DNA of 41,517 bases from a virus. Taxonomy: Duplodnaviria; Caudoviricetes. Position 1 is the stretch's first letter, and the number at the start of each line of letters is the position of its first letter. Shown piece by piece: positions 8,001-17,666 of this stretch. The notes beneath the pieces were generated by a model that was not told the DNA's origin, did no database searches, and was given only the letters and a program-made list of their open reading frames with translations. Both the position numbers and the translations under genes were made by a program. The stretch lies in IMG/VR virus record IMGVR_UViG_3300033417_000026, positions 1 through 41,517 of that record; one strand, written 5' to 3'.

Positions 8001-9355
8001 GGCGGGAAGGCTTTTTTAGCAACTAAAGATACCCGGTACTGCCCTCCCATATTTAATTCACTTGTAACGACTTCAAAAGTTACCGAATTAGTTGGAAATG
8101 AAGCCGGTACGTTGTCTAATTTAAGCGAAGTTGATTCGGTAATTCCGTCCGGCGGAGTAGGGCCTCCATAGGTACTCTCCTCCTCAATGTTCTCAAAAGA
8201 GTAGAACCTCGAATCTATCATAGCTAAGACTAAAAACGGATCTGGATCTGTTTTCGTAACGGTAATAAACAAGTTCCCGGTTTCCTCATCGCAAATCCTG
8301 GTAATAGGGTTCCCGGATGCGTCCTCTACTACGATTGAATCTAACGTATTAAACCCGGTATCATTTTCGTAATCCCTGACTTCGATATATTGCTCTAAAA
8401 AAACCCTGTCAAAATGATCGTCTGCTCTACCAGTTAAAGAGGCCGGCAAGAATAAAACCTGCTGCCATTCCAAGACTAAATCTAACCCTTCCCAGCTTTG
8501 TACCTTCCCGGCCCCGTCTGGTTCGTCATGTCTTAATCTGAATACAATATCGTACCTTCGTACACCCGCCCCCGGAGTGGATTGTACTATTTCGCCGTCG
8601 GCTAACTCGGTCTGGAATAATACCTCATTGTTCGCCGCGTTCCTGACCGTAAATACAAGGTTACTTAACTGATCGTCGTAACTCCCCGATCCGTACAGGG
8701 CCTGAATATCAGTATCATAACCAGCTGAATCTACTTCAAAGTAACTCCTTATCCTTTCCTGTACAGTAGCAAGGATATTCCCGCCTATGTTTGAAAATGC
8801 CCGGTCGGAGAGTTGCTGATCTAATAAGGTAGGAATAATTGGTTCTATCGGGGCATCTCCTGTTTGAATTAATCCAGAAATATAGGCAGTATATAAATCG
8901 TCTGTGGAATTGTTGATAATTACTGCAAAGTAATACTGCTCTCCTGCTGCAATTTGGGTGAAATCTACATGAAAGCTCATTGTTGTCTGTACCCCGACAA
9001 GGCTCTTAACGGTAGGTTGTTTTAATATCCCGTCCGTAATCGCGGCCCCGGCGTTGGTGACTAAATCTACGTCGTGGCCTTTCTTTACGAAGTCGTAAAA
9101 CTTTGCCTGCTCGTTTGCCAAGTCAACCCGTAACGCCCATACCCTTACCTTATCGGCCACCAGAACGTCCGCGCCCGATACCTTAAATTCCACCTTAGTG
9201 TCTTCCGAAAGACTCAATAAAGTAGTCGGTCCTGCTGAAACAGAAAGGATAATCGAGTCAAGAGTATGATCCGGCGCGGCCCCGTAAGGCCCCTCCCCCC
9301 AGAACCTTCCTGTAACCGCCGTTGTATCTCCTAATCTTTTTTGAATATGACTCAT
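7997..9355 (-). CDS. Minor tail structural protein
   Basis: 452 aa, beta-rich, in the tail-tip operon. Confidence 0.55.
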   Translation of the reverse strand: MSHIQKRLGDTTAVTGRFWGEGPYGAAPDHTLDSIILSVSAGPTTLLSLSEDTKVEFKVSGADVLVADKVRVWALRVDLANEQAKFYDFVKKGHDVDLVTNAGAAITDGILKQPTVKSLVGVQTTMSFHVDFTQIAAGEQYYFAVIINNSTDDLYTAYISGLIQTGDAPIEPIIPTLLDQQLSDRAFSNIGGNILATVQERIRSYFEVDSAGYDTDIQALYGSGSYDDQLSNLVFTVRNAANNEVLFQTELADGEIVQSTPGAGVRRYDIVFRLRHDEPDGAGKVQSWEGLDLVLEWQQVLFLPASLTGRADDHFDRVFLEQYIEVRDYENDTGFNTLDSIVVEDASGNPITRICDEETGNLFITVTKTDPDPFLVLAMIDSRFYSFENIEEESTYGGPTPPDGITESTSLKLDNVPASFPTNSVTFEVVTSELNMGGQYRVSLVAKKAFPP

Positions 9356-10269
9356 CTTTCAACAATAGCTATTAACCAAAGCTCAAAAGTTGTTTCAATA
9401 TCAAACGGAGCGCCACCCGAAGACACTAAAGAGATATTCACGTAAAGCTCATCTCCGATCGATATATCTGTAAAGTCCCGTGCAGTAGCACCGCCGTCGT
9501 TAGAAAAGTAGAAAGGTCTTGTCTTGACGCCGTCGCCAACTTTGTAATATCTGCCTTCCATGAAAACCTTTGGCTCCGTTCCTTCAGCTACCCCGGAAAT
9601 ACTACCTAAAGCGGGTTGAATTGTAAGCACATCCGCGCTCACAGGAAGGCCGTCCGCTGAATCAGAAGTTATAGCTATCGGCGTGAACTTCTGTGAAGAC
9701 TCTATACAACACGCCCCGCCTAAAGTAATCTCTGGTGGAGTTACCACAACGTAATACCAGAGAGCCTTATTCATTGAGTAGAACGAAGCCACCTCGTTTG
9801 CGAAGTCATTAGGAGCGGATATGTGCGTCCTCCGAAATTTGTTGAATTGAACTTCGTTACCCCCATTGATGAAGTCGTCAATGTCGTGAACACAAATAAT
9901 CTCTACTAAAATGGTTGCCTGTGTCGCGGACGTGTACTCGAATGTCGCCGAAAGAACCGAATGATCCACCATCGCCGAATTTGGCGCTATTAAAGTCATT
10001 GGGTAAGTAACTCCTGTTGACTTTCCCTGCGTGTTAATAAACCAGCCCATCGGATTTAGTTCTGGACTTATCTCCGGTAGGTCGGTCGGCCCCCATTGTG
10101 AAGGATTAAACCAAACGTCCTTATCTGTAAAGTTGTCCACCGACGTTAGCGTTACCTCAATTTCAAGTGTGTACGTTTCCAAAATAGTGAACGTATCTAT
10201 CAAAGCGGGGATAGGATTGTAAACCTGGTTCCCGGTAGTAATCTGCTCGCTTGTAACGGTAACGGCCAT
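9352..10269 (-). CDS. Minor tail structural protein
   Basis: 305 aa, beta-rich, in the tail-tip operon. Confidence 0.55.
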   Translation of the reverse strand: MAVTVTSEQITTGNQVYNPIPALIDTFTILETYTLEIEVTLTSVDNFTDKDVWFNPSQWGPTDLPEISPELNPMGWFINTQGKSTGVTYPMTLIAPNSAMVDHSVLSATFEYTSATQATILVEIICVHDIDDFINGGNEVQFNKFRRTHISAPNDFANEVASFYSMNKALWYYVVVTPPEITLGGACCIESSQKFTPIAITSDSADGLPVSADVLTIQPALGSISGVAEGTEPKVFMEGRYYKVGDGVKTRPFYFSNDGGATARDFTDISIGDELYVNISLVSSGGAPFDIETTFELWLIAIVER

Positions 10270-11981
10270 TATATCTTCCCGTTTATGGTCATCTCCTTTC
10301 GGTCAAAGTTAATCTGAATTTCGTCAATACTTCCCGACTTCTGGTTCCCAAAGAACATCAGTTTAACAGTCTTCGCCGGGTCTGCTGCTGAAAGAATGTC
10401 GCAACTGTACTTTATCCTCAACTTAAAATCCCTTGTTCTTAAAAGTCCTAATCTCGGATTTTCAATCTCCCAAAAGTTATGATATAAATTACCTGCTATG
10501 GTCATGTTTAACTTACTCCCTGCGTATTGAGCAGGCCCTAATCCCCGATCTTCACATACGTAAGGGTAATTGTAACCATTATTCCCTCCTAATCCCTGAC
10601 CCTTGTAATTTCTAACCTTCGCGTTATTAAGATTCACCCCGTCCCAAATGAGTAGTTTAGGCTGCATAGCCGTGCCATTATTAAGTAAAAGGTTCTTATC
10701 CGCTTCTTTCAGCGCACTTGTGAAAATAGGTATGATCTGAATAATCCCCGTACTTAAAACGTCCTTATCAATGTTGTCATCTCGGAATCTGGAATGACCG
10801 AACCCCGGACTGACAACCTTTTCGCCCTTTTGTCTTGACGTGTATGGATCGTTCCACTCCACTATTTCATCGTAGTACCCGTGAGCCTCGAAGCCAACCC
10901 AATCGACTGCATCCTGCGTGTAGGCGAACTCTAAAAAGGAAGGTGGCGTATCTCCTGAAAAGGAATAACATTGCTCAATTAAATCAGCCTCATCTAATTG
11001 AGAAGTGTCAACAAAAACATCAGGAAGGTCAAAGAAATCCCTTCGTTCAAAAATAAGAGTGGTTCCCTGTATTGTCCACTTCGCGTTGAAAACAGTTTTG
11101 AGGCTCTCCATTAATTGATCCCCCGTTACGTTCACCAAATTCAGATCAATTAATTTCACGTTCTGATCCCTGGTTCCCTTTTCAAATTGTGCATTGAAAT
11201 ACATCGTATCGTAGTAAGGACTTGATGAATCGTTAAGAATTGAACTCTTAAAGTCAAGTCCACAAATCGTACATACATTTTTAATGTAATTCCTAAGCAA
11301 CGGAGATGGGTGCTTCCTGTTGCACCCTATTATATTGTCGTCTAAATCTTTTAAGAATAATTTATAGCTCTTGAATAATTGGTTATTGTTAAGTCCCGGC
11401 GGACAGTTCACAAAAGGTATTGCACAAATGACTGTAATAATTACACTAATTATCAATACAATGGGTTGTAAAATAAAAAGAATTAGATAAATGTACCCCC
11501 CATAAATGTAAGCCAAGTATTGTAACGCGGAAGGGCGAAATTCTAAACAATAACCAACCCTCGGATGGCTTTGGCTTTTGAAATTCGTCTTTGCCGTATT
11601 CAGTTTAACCCTGTCGCTCTCGTACAGTAGCGTTGATCTGAAACAATCTAAAGGCTCCACTTCCTCAATTATCGTTACATCAACTTCGCACTCTCCTTCA
11701 CACCAATCAACTGTTTCTTGAGTTATTAATCCCTCAAATATCTCAAACCCGCAACAGTCGTCGAATAACCGCGCCCTGACGTTAAACTTAGGCGAAGTGA
11801 ATGGGTTGTTTAGAATCTTATTTTTGATTAATTCATACGCCGATCCTGTGAGTTTTAGAGTTCCCGAATAACTCTTAACCGGACTGCCTGACTCGTCTAA
11901 ATCTCTTAAAGTCAAAGTAACCCCGTTAAATCCAGATACTTCGGACTGCGGAATTTCTTTATTATCTAAAAATAAAATCAC
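10269..11981 (-). CDS. Tail tip / hub-like protein with an internal hydrophobic segment
   Basis: 570 aa directly after the tape measure. Ends in a hub-like strand pattern (GSIDEIQINFDRKEMTINGKI). Confidence 0.6.
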   Translation of the reverse strand: MILFLDNKEIPQSEVSGFNGVTLTLRDLDESGSPVKSYSGTLKLTGSAYELIKNKILNNPFTSPKFNVRARLFDDCCGFEIFEGLITQETVDWCEGECEVDVTIIEEVEPLDCFRSTLLYESDRVKLNTAKTNFKSQSHPRVGYCLEFRPSALQYLAYIYGGYIYLILFILQPIVLIISVIITVICAIPFVNCPPGLNNNQLFKSYKLFLKDLDDNIIGCNRKHPSPLLRNYIKNVCTICGLDFKSSILNDSSSPYYDTMYFNAQFEKGTRDQNVKLIDLNLVNVTGDQLMESLKTVFNAKWTIQGTTLIFERRDFFDLPDVFVDTSQLDEADLIEQCYSFSGDTPPSFLEFAYTQDAVDWVGFEAHGYYDEIVEWNDPYTSRQKGEKVVSPGFGHSRFRDDNIDKDVLSTGIIQIIPIFTSALKEADKNLLLNNGTAMQPKLLIWDGVNLNNAKVRNYKGQGLGGNNGYNYPYVCEDRGLGPAQYAGSKLNMTIAGNLYHNFWEIENPRLGLLRTRDFKLRIKYSCDILSAADPAKTVKLMFFGNQKSGSIDEIQINFDRKEMTINGKI

Positions 11982-14900
11982 CTTGCAAGTCTGTTTATCT
12001 TGTCTGCCTTTCCGATCCTGTTCTCAATTACCCTCACAAGCTCATCGCCTTTCACCATCCACTTGTGAGTGTTGATAGATATTTGTCCTGGTAAATCTCT
12101 GATAGCGTTCTCCACAGACTCCAATCTTCTCTCTACACCAGCCGAACTTACCGGCTCGTAATCTCGCATAAATTCGTTATATCCGATATATCTATCTGAT
12201 ACCCTGTTTAATACATCTGGTCGGGCCCTTCCTGATCTGATCGCTTGTAATGTCGGCTTAAATCTTCTGGTTTCTAAAGCAGTCATTACACTTTCCCCTC
12301 GACTTACTTTCGCGTGGATCGAATCCGAAGTTCCGGTTCCTCCCCCTTTAATGTCGATCTCTCCCTCTTTGAATGTAGGTATAGCCGCGCCCGCTAAGGC
12401 CCGCGCCTTCGCTAATCCCGCGACAAGAGCTATCAAAGTGGCCGCTATTGTTATCGGAGCGGCTATGCCACTTTGTGCCGCTGCCTTCGATATCGCCACC
12501 GCGAAATTAGCTACCAACTCAACTACCGCTAACGCCTGCTGCTGCCTTACAAATTTCTGCCTTTGTTCGTTTAACTTGTCTAATTTCTCCTGCTCTGCTT
12601 GTAAAAGTTCTGCGTTACCCCTATCCGCAAGCTCCCGAACCCTGTCCACGTTCTCTTTTTGCCGTCCTATCCTCCCTTCGACTTCGCTCAATGCCAAGCC
12701 AACAAGAAAGTTGGCCAACTCTAACCCCGCGCTTTTGATCTGCTCAAATTCAGCAATCCTATCCTCTACGCGCTGTTTATTTAACGCTTTAATCTTATCT
12801 ATCCTGTCTTGCTCTATTTTTTCTAAAGTCGCGGACAATAATCTCGCGTTATCAATTTCCTTACCTGCCAAAACACTCTGAACTAAAGCCTCCTCGTTGA
12901 TTAAATCAATCTTATCCTTATGGCTGAATCGCCTTAATTCTAACTCTGTGTTAATAGATTGTAAACGAATCCTTAGTAGCTCTAGCTGCTTTCTCTTTTC
13001 CTCATCTATTTCTCTTTGCGCGTTGTCGTCAACTAATTTGTTTACTGCATTTAATCTATTGACCGTTTCCGATATGATTAAGTCGTTTATTTGCCCTATC
13101 TGATTCGTGAGGCTTTCGATTCTTTCCTGATCCCCGGCGCTTGCCGCTGCTGCCAACTGCTCCTGAACAGAAGCTCTTTGTTTTTCAAGTTCCTCAATTA
13201 CCTTGTTTATCTCTGCTATTATCTCCGTTGTTTGCCTGGTTAATTCATCTTCAATTAAGGCAGTATTGGCTTGCAAAAGTCTGGATACCAATGCCTTCTC
13301 TTGGTTTAATATCGCCGTTGTCGTGTCCGTTATTATTTTCAGCCTTTCCGCTGCAAACTTTTTAGTTATCAATACCTTCGCCTGTTCTGCTGCTTCAAAT
13401 CCTTTTGTTCCTTTTGCAAATAGCTTCTGCTGCTCGTTAATCGCCGATATTTCCTCTTTTAATCTTGCATCAAGCCCCGCTAACGATCTTAGCTCCTGAT
13501 CCTTTATTAATTCGATATTCAAGTCCCTTATTACATTTGTCAATGACTGCACCGCCGCCCGTCTTTCTTCAATAGCCTTTAGCTCATCTTCTGCCTTCTC
13601 TTTTCCTTTTTCCGCATCTTCTGCTTTTTTCTTTGCTTCAAGGGCCTTTAGCTCATCTTGAATCGCTTTCCTACCTTCCTCGCGGGCTTTAGATCTTGCC
13701 CGTTCCGCTGAAACCGCATCTTTTGTAACCTCCTCATTTTTATCTTTATACAATCCCAATAGCTTAGCCGCTCCTTTTGCCGCATTACCCACAGCGTTAA
13801 ATGCCGTTTTAAGCGCTCCAAATTTGTTAATTATTTCCCCTGTGGTCTTAATTGCGGGAACGAATATCTTGTCCACAACGAACTTGAAAATAACCGAAAA
13901 TATCTTTAATGGAATCATTAAAAACTTCATCGCAAACCCTACGGCCTCCATTACCTTCGCAACTGTACTTGTTTTTTTCGCCCCCTCCTCTTGTACCTCA
14001 TTAAACGACCCAAACGCCTCCACTAAGTCGCCTATTGGAGCGAATATATCTCCCAAAATTTCGCCGTAAAACTTAAATGCGTCAATTACCGGGTCCGCGT
14101 TTCTCAAAACCGCGGTCAAGCCCTGAACTAATCCCCTTAAACCTTCGCTTACCCCACCACCTTCAAGGATAAGCCCGGTATAAGCGTTCTGTAATCTTTT
14201 TAAGTCGCCGTCTAAATTGTCCGTTTGAATAGACGCTTGCTCGTAAGCCGCATTTGTTCCAGTAATCCCCTTTGTTAATTCATCTAACCTCGATCTGGAT
14301 TTAATCAAAGTTTGTATTGCAAGCAGATTTTCTTCTCCAAAGGTTTTCGTTAAAAAAGTTATGTCGTTAACTTTTGGAGCAAGTAACTCAAGCTCCCCTC
14401 CCAATCCCACAAATTCGCGCCCGCCCTCTGCTGCCGCCTTTTGCATCTTTATTAAAACTCCCCGCATGTTTGTGCCTACAATGTTTGCCTGCGGAATTGA
14501 CTCGCCTAACAATTCAACGGCTGCCACAGACTGCTCGACACTTAACCCCGCGCTTTCTGCGACACCGCCAAATTTCGCTAACGCCTCGCTTACAAACGGT
14601 ATTTCCTTCGCGCCTAACTTTGACGCCGCCGCCATAACATTAATCACCCGTGCCGATTCCGAGGCCGGTAATCTGATTTGATTTAATGTTTCAGCTAAGA
14701 CTTGTCCAGATTGAGCTAAGTCTAATCCGCTCGCTTCTGATAAGGTTACCGCCGCTTTCGTGACTTCTGCCAATGCGTCCCGGTTTGCTAATAATTCCGG
14801 CTTCGCCGATGCTATCAACTTAAAAGCAGTTAATGCCTGCTGTGCGCTTGTTGTCGTAGTTACGCCTATCGCCTTTGCCTGTTCTTTGAAAAATTCCAGG

Positions 14901-15421
14901 TCTTCGCCTGTGGCGCCTGTTATGGCTGAAAGTTCTGAAAGTCCCTTTTCAAAGTTTTTCAGAATAACTATCCCGCCCCTTATTTCTCTGAAAAGTAACC
15001 CCGCTGCTGCTGTTGCTGTTAAAAAAGGAACCGCTGACTTTAACACATTCCCTAACCCGGCCATTGTCTTTGAAGTCTGGCCCGTAACCTTGCCTAATTG
15101 CGCTTGTGTTATTTGTAACTGTCTTGACGCGTTAGCGTAAGCCCGGCTGCCAATAGTAGCTGAATTTACGGCCTTATTTAATAAGTCCTGTTTGGCCCGT
15201 AACCCGTTAACCGTGTTTGTTTCCTGCCTTAAAGCGCCGTTCAGTTTGGCCTCTGCCTCGGTAAGCCGTTGGTTCGCCGCCGTCCATTCTGCTGTACCCT
15301 TTTTAGCCTTCCCGACCTCGGCCTGATACTTAGATACGTCCGATATTAACGCCTCCACCGCGCCCTGAGCGGACTTCGTGTCGAAATCTAATACGTAAAT
15401 CTGTTTGATTAATTCAGCCAT
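11978..15421 (-). CDS. Tail tape measure protein (TP901-family core)
   Basis: 1147 aa, Ala/Leu/Lys helical. Contains FEKGLSELSAITGATGEDL and AYEQASIQTDNLDGDLKRL, typical of the TP901 core, plus the C-terminal GTGTSDSIHAKVSRGESVM motif. Confidence 0.92.
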   Translation of the reverse strand: MAELIKQIYVLDFDTKSAQGAVEALISDVSKYQAEVGKAKKGTAEWTAANQRLTEAEAKLNGALRQETNTVNGLRAKQDLLNKAVNSATIGSRAYANASRQLQITQAQLGKVTGQTSKTMAGLGNVLKSAVPFLTATAAAGLLFREIRGGIVILKNFEKGLSELSAITGATGEDLEFFKEQAKAIGVTTTTSAQQALTAFKLIASAKPELLANRDALAEVTKAAVTLSEASGLDLAQSGQVLAETLNQIRLPASESARVINVMAAASKLGAKEIPFVSEALAKFGGVAESAGLSVEQSVAAVELLGESIPQANIVGTNMRGVLIKMQKAAAEGGREFVGLGGELELLAPKVNDITFLTKTFGEENLLAIQTLIKSRSRLDELTKGITGTNAAYEQASIQTDNLDGDLKRLQNAYTGLILEGGGVSEGLRGLVQGLTAVLRNADPVIDAFKFYGEILGDIFAPIGDLVEAFGSFNEVQEEGAKKTSTVAKVMEAVGFAMKFLMIPLKIFSVIFKFVVDKIFVPAIKTTGEIINKFGALKTAFNAVGNAAKGAAKLLGLYKDKNEEVTKDAVSAERARSKAREEGRKAIQDELKALEAKKKAEDAEKGKEKAEDELKAIEERRAAVQSLTNVIRDLNIELIKDQELRSLAGLDARLKEEISAINEQQKLFAKGTKGFEAAEQAKVLITKKFAAERLKIITDTTTAILNQEKALVSRLLQANTALIEDELTRQTTEIIAEINKVIEELEKQRASVQEQLAAAASAGDQERIESLTNQIGQINDLIISETVNRLNAVNKLVDDNAQREIDEEKRKQLELLRIRLQSINTELELRRFSHKDKIDLINEEALVQSVLAGKEIDNARLLSATLEKIEQDRIDKIKALNKQRVEDRIAEFEQIKSAGLELANFLVGLALSEVEGRIGRQKENVDRVRELADRGNAELLQAEQEKLDKLNEQRQKFVRQQQALAVVELVANFAVAISKAAAQSGIAAPITIAATLIALVAGLAKARALAGAAIPTFKEGEIDIKGGGTGTSDSIHAKVSRGESVMTALETRRFKPTLQAIRSGRARPDVLNRVSDRYIGYNEFMRDYEPVSSAGVERRLESVENAIRDLPGQISINTHKWMVKGDELVRVIENRIGKADKINRLAR

Positions 15422-15438
15422 GAGGATTAATTTAACTC

Positions 15439-15487
15439 AAAACACAGGTTAAAACCTCATGCGCTGATAGGCAGGTGCGCGGCCTCT
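15439..15487 (-). promoter_or_regulatory. Structured leader motif, copy D (upstream of tape measure)
   Basis: AGAGGCCGCGCACCUGCCUAUCAGCGCAUGAGGUUUUAACCUGUGUUUU. Confidence 0.75.
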
Positions 15488-15501
15488 CGAAATTCTCCTT
15501 A

Positions 15502-15509
15502 CAAATATA
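15502..15509 (-). promoter_or_regulatory. Bacteroidota -7 promoter element
   Basis: TATATTTG upstream of motif copy D. No clear -33 element. Confidence 0.5.
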
Positions 15510-15818
15510 CTACTTCCTGCGGGCCGTTTTCCCGGATTTCGCTTTTTTCATAGCCTTAATCTCAAGCTCCTGACTTGTTCTCCAGGTCGTAATAGCTGTC
15601 AGATAATTATAGTAACTCCCTCTCAAAAGCCTTTTGGCCTTTTCGTTACTCCCCGCGACCACGTAAGCCTCCTGATTCGCTTCGTCGATCATTTGGGTAA
15701 GTTGTATGCTCCAATTTTCGGCCCTTTTGGGCTTTCCTTTTCCAAAGAGTTTTCCAAATCGTCCCATGACAAATCCCCGTAAAGCCTCAACGTGTCCACC
15801 ACATATTTCAAAAAAAAA
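15510..15818 (-). CDS. Tail assembly chaperone, -1 frame extension (gpT-like)
   Basis: ORF 15510..15767 is in the -1 frame relative to 15689..16306 and stays open back to the T9 run at 15810-15818. Confidence 0.6.
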   Translation of the reverse strand, partial: FFFEICGGHVEALRGFVMGRFGKLFGKGKPKRAENWSIQLTQMIDEANQEAYVVAGSNEKAKRLLRGSYYNYLTAITTWRTSQELEIKAMKKAKSGKTARRK

Positions 15819-16306
15819 CTTCTGGCCGCGTCGTCGGCAGTCCAGATTTTCAGTTTCCTCTCGACGTTGCTTCTCAAGTAAAGTTCAGGCTTTTCGCCTT
15901 CGATGAGAAAGTAAGTAGCCGCTAATTCTAATATGGTCTTGTCGTTCCTTAGCTTAGTTGCCCTCATCTCCAAATCAACACAAATCGCCCCCGCCTTAAC
16001 GTAGTCCTTCGCGTTTAGGGCGTCGTGAATCTTCTTTAGTTCTGAAATTAAGTCCTCTGCCGTCAGGTTCCAGCCGAATTGCGCTTCTGCTAAAGAACCT
16101 GCAATAGCTCTTTCCGCTGTCATTTGCGCGGGATTTACGAATTGGTAGTAGTAGTTCCCACTCTTGTCTTTGTAAATTCTCTCTAACATTACAGTTGTGG
16201 GCGCCTGCGTTTGTGGGTCTGTGTAGGTGTACTCGAATATCAGGTTACCGCGCTCGGACTTCCCGGCAACCCGATACCCTCCTTTATTTTTCCAGATTAA
16301 TCTCAT
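15689..16306 (-). CDS. Tail assembly chaperone (gpG-like)
   Basis: 205 aa, first of two overlapping ORFs before the tape measure, with a slippery site. Confidence 0.6.
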   Translation of the reverse strand: MRLIWKNKGGYRVAGKSERGNLIFEYTYTDPQTQAPTTVMLERIYKDKSGNYYYQFVNPAQMTAERAIAGSLAEAQFGWNLTAEDLISELKKIHDALNAKDYVKAGAICVDLEMRATKLRNDKTILELAATYFLIEGEKPELYLRSNVERKLKIWTADDAARSFFLKYVVDTLRLYGDLSWDDLENSLEKESPKGPKIGAYNLPK

Positions 16307-16364
16307 TTCTCCTATTAAAAGTAAATACCCTATCGGTAAATTTGAGCCTTTTGTAAAACCCTAT

Positions 16365-17666
16365 TTAGTTTTGGCCCACTTTGTACAGTCCTTTTATCTT
16401 CGCCAAATCCCAACCTTTGAAGTAGTTCGCGGCAAACGATCTCAAACAGTCCAGCAAGTGAGTCATCCTGCCATCTTTGCCTTTGTCGATAGTCCCGTCC
16501 TCCTTAGCTTGTACGTAGTACAGATCGTCAACAAGAAACGGGCATAACTCTTTGTCGATCAGGAAGTCCGAATGGTGCTGTAAAATAGAATTTAACTGCT
16601 CTCTTGAGTTGATATGAGGGGGATTCGGAGAAAGCTTCCAACGGTGTTTAGGAATCCCCAAAAGAGAACTGATCGTTTCGTATGCGTTCATAAACTTCTG
16701 TTGTAAGACGTTGTCCATGAACTTTCCTGAATAATCTCCTGTCAGTTCGTAGTCAAAGTTAGGGAAACATTGCTTAATCCGGGCACAAATGTTGTACAGG
16801 TTTGAATCTTCAAGTCTAAACTCTCTTAAAATTCGGGCATGATCCCCCCACTTTTGACAAGCTAAAGCAGTAAGAGGGTTTTTGTTGAAGTCGAAAGAGA
16901 GCGTGAGAGGCACGTCCGGCGCGGGGTGACAGGTGGTTAGAATCTTGCTTACTACATCTGGATAGTCCATGACAAATACCCACCTGTTTGAGGCGTAAGT
17001 AACGTCTTTCGCTAAGACTTCCCGGTCGAACGCCTGCTTATTGTAAGTCTTTTCTAACATGGGAATGAACTCCGCCGGAAGGTTTTCGGCGTTGTCGTAA
17101 GTGGTCGCGAACGTTACTGGTATTGCTTTTTCGGAGTAGATCATATCCCTGATCGGTGGATTGTAGGCCGGCGGGGTAAGTGTATAAATTTGCTTCGTGT
17201 CAACCCCTTCCCTTACGCGGCCTGAAACTATTTCCAGTTCTAACTTTTGGGCGTCCTGAATCTCATCGCCCCATGCCCAATTCACCGTAATGCCTCTAAT
17301 CTGGCTCTCCAAGCTATATGTCATAACCTGTGCGCCGTTCATAAAACTCCAAATGCCGTCGTGGTGCGGGAACGGGGACTTGTACTTAAAAAAAGGCTGT
17401 GGGTCTTTCCCGATAACGAAATGCTCGTCTTTGATCCAGCCTGTTTCTCTTAAATCTTCCATGAAGACTCTTAAAGTAGCTGTGTTTAACTGCTTTGTTG
17501 TATTTGAAAAGATCAGGCCCTTGTACTCAGGTCGGTGTGTAATCCAACCTATCGAAGCCAAACTGCCCGCTGTGGTCTTGCCTGCTGCTATCCCCGCACA
17601 AAACGCACTAACCGGGTTTTCGCTTGCCATCTTTAGGAACTCGATCTGCTTTCTGTGCGGAACCAT
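16365..17666 (-). CDS. terL: Terminase large subunit
   Basis: Walker A AGIAAGKT, Walker B WAWGDE, motif III TLTP, nuclease residues SFDFN and HLLDCLRS. Confidence 0.93.
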   Translation of the reverse strand: MVPHRKQIEFLKMASENPVSAFCAGIAAGKTTAGSLASIGWITHRPEYKGLIFSNTTKQLNTATLRVFMEDLRETGWIKDEHFVIGKDPQPFFKYKSPFPHHDGIWSFMNGAQVMTYSLESQIRGITVNWAWGDEIQDAQKLELEIVSGRVREGVDTKQIYTLTPPAYNPPIRDMIYSEKAIPVTFATTYDNAENLPAEFIPMLEKTYNKQAFDREVLAKDVTYASNRWVFVMDYPDVVSKILTTCHPAPDVPLTLSFDFNKNPLTALACQKWGDHARILREFRLEDSNLYNICARIKQCFPNFDYELTGDYSGKFMDNVLQQKFMNAYETISSLLGIPKHRWKLSPNPPHINSREQLNSILQHHSDFLIDKELCPFLVDDLYYVQAKEDGTIDKGKDGRMTHLLDCLRSFAANYFKGWDLAKIKGLYKVGQN

